From contig DAITAC010000001.1 of NCBI GenBank assembly GCA_036824465.1, positions 31,704-95,703 on the forward strand: a stretch of 64,000 nt of DNA, in the 5' to 3' direction. Positions 63,931 through 64,000 of the stretch are shown here, piece after piece (the stretch's first letter is position 1; every line of letters starts with the position of its first letter). Made by a program: the position numbers and the translations under genes. The DNA is from Burkholderiaceae bacterium. Lineage in GTDB: Bacteria > Pseudomonadota > Gammaproteobacteria > Burkholderiales > Burkholderiaceae_F. A model generated the notes under the pieces. The model ran no database searches. It was given only the letters and a program-made list of their open reading frames with translations, and had not been told where the DNA came from.

Positions 63931-64000
63931 GCGGCGCCGGACCTTCACGGCCGAATATCGCTGTCGCGAAGCGATAAGGCGGATTGATGAATCCCTGGGA

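Noticed and set aside
63926-63976. ATGA-coupled ORF after yeaH as the start of spoVR.
   Set aside because: It terminates after 16 codons (MSGAGPSRPNIAVAKR). A later ATG at 63987 cannot be evaluated because the window ends.

Overview
GC-rich (roughly mid-60s %GC by eye) proteobacterial chromosome segment. Gene content and order look like the core genome of a betaproteobacterium, probably Burkholderiales-like; the taxon is inference. Supporting synteny: mutM-TPR-lolB-ispE-tRNA-Gln-prs-rplY-pth-ychF, kdsD-kdsC-lptC-lptA-lptB-rpoN-hpf-ptsN-hprK-rapZ, and orphan Bug-family binding proteins. I call about 62 protein-coding genes, one tRNA-Gln, three intrinsic terminators, one leader hairpin and two structured repeat arrays. 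I saw no transposase, integrase, phage, CRISPR-cas or recognisable defence genes. The window is mostly housekeeping DNA: LPS export, sigma-54/PTS-Ntr, GO-system base-excision repair, phosphate/polyphosphate genes (Na/Pi-PhoU, psiF, ppx, sixA, ppk1), ftsY/ftsEX/rpoH, and cytochrome-oxidase assembly. I see no clear-cut new system, only conserved modules of unknown function and non-coding structures. The items most worth a second look are: (1) an exactly 19-bp-phased array of GTGAT-N3-ATCAC palindromes filling the ispE/tRNA-Gln spacer; (2) a 28-bp palindrome-bearing tandem repeat between ftsY and a ygbA-like gene; (3) a translationally coupled membrane protein + membrane-anchored GTPase pair (DUF2868/DUF3482-like) of unknown function; (4) a soluble dynamin-like GTPase translationally coupled to mutY; (5) an orphan mini-secretin-like periplasmic protein; (6) a prkA-yeaH module placed where cox structural genes would be expected. 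Many ORF-track starts were moved downstream to conserved N-termini or RBS-supported ATGs. All family assignments rest on motif recognition and memory of the families, not on database searches.
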